From: Octopus sinensis | Lineage: Eukaryota | Assembly: GCF_006345805.1 (NCBI RefSeq) | Contig: NC_043000.1 | Coordinates: 98,084,001-98,148,000 of the forward strand | Direction of reading: 5' to 3' | Length of the DNA stretch: 64,000 nucleotides | In this document: positions 63,721-64,000 of the stretch, piece after piece | Layout: each line of letters starts with the position of its first letter | How positions within the stretch are numbered: position 1 is the stretch's first letter | Notes under the pieces: generated by a model | What the model was told of the DNA's origin: nothing | Seen by the model: the letters and a program-made list of their open reading frames with translations, nothing else | Databases searched by the model: none | Program-made: the position numbers and the translations under genes

Positions 63721-64000
63721 GGAATTTTCCAAAAAGTCCTTCCTCCCCTTCTCCTCGGAATTTTCCAGGAAGTACTTACCCCTCCACGGACTTTCCCAGG
63801 AAGTCCCACTCACCCTCACCTTCATACTTTTCCAGGAAATCCTTTATCCCCTCCTTGAAAATCTTCCAGGAAGTCACACTCACCCTCCTTGGAATTTTCC
63901 AGGAAATACTCCCCAACATCAGACTTTTCCAGGAAGTCCTTCTCCCCCTCCTTGAAATTTCCCAGGAATTCCCACTCACCCTTCTTCTGAATTTTCCAGG
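63721..64000. repeat. Minisatellite of 30-36-bp units with TTCCAGGAA core (runs off the window)
   Basis: At least 9 units of roughly ggaattttccaggaagtc...ccctcctt. Confidence 0.9.

Noticed and set aside
63584-63955. 123-aa plus-strand ORF
   Set aside because: An off-frame read through the helicase relic and the minisatellite.
63721-64000. CRISPR-like array
   Set aside because: Eukaryotic context, degenerate repeats, no unique fixed-length spacers and no cas genes.

Overview
AT-rich, microsatellite-dense animal genomic DNA. The repeat content (tRNA-derived SINE families, decayed RTE LINEs, mariner, Helitron and TTAA-MITE relics) looks like an Octopus-type cephalopod genome; this is an inference. 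The six-frame ORF track is mostly noise. By reading splice signals I assembled a 14-exon, plus-strand, 5'-incomplete gene from 19975 to 56766. All 13 junctions are GT-AG and phase-compatible, giving about 763 aa with no internal stop. The product is a very hydrophobic polytopic membrane protein. From memory of the plant sequence, it is colinear with Arabidopsis NO EXINE FORMATION 1 (NEF1), a family usually discussed in plants; this needs a database search. Other highlights: a Penelope-type minimal hammerhead ribozyme motif (61102-61147) and a second copy inside a 33-bp inverted repeat (~19.0 kb); a complete 501-bp non-autonomous Helitron; two TTAA MITE families; an internally deleted mariner; a minisatellite carrying TTCCAGGAA in most units next to a Helitron helicase relic; a sharp CpG-poor to CpG-rich transition near 58.9 kb; and CpG-retaining islands at 6.6, 10.5 and 15.1 kb that may be first exons of an antisense gene. 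Repeat boundaries are approximate unless termini are quoted.
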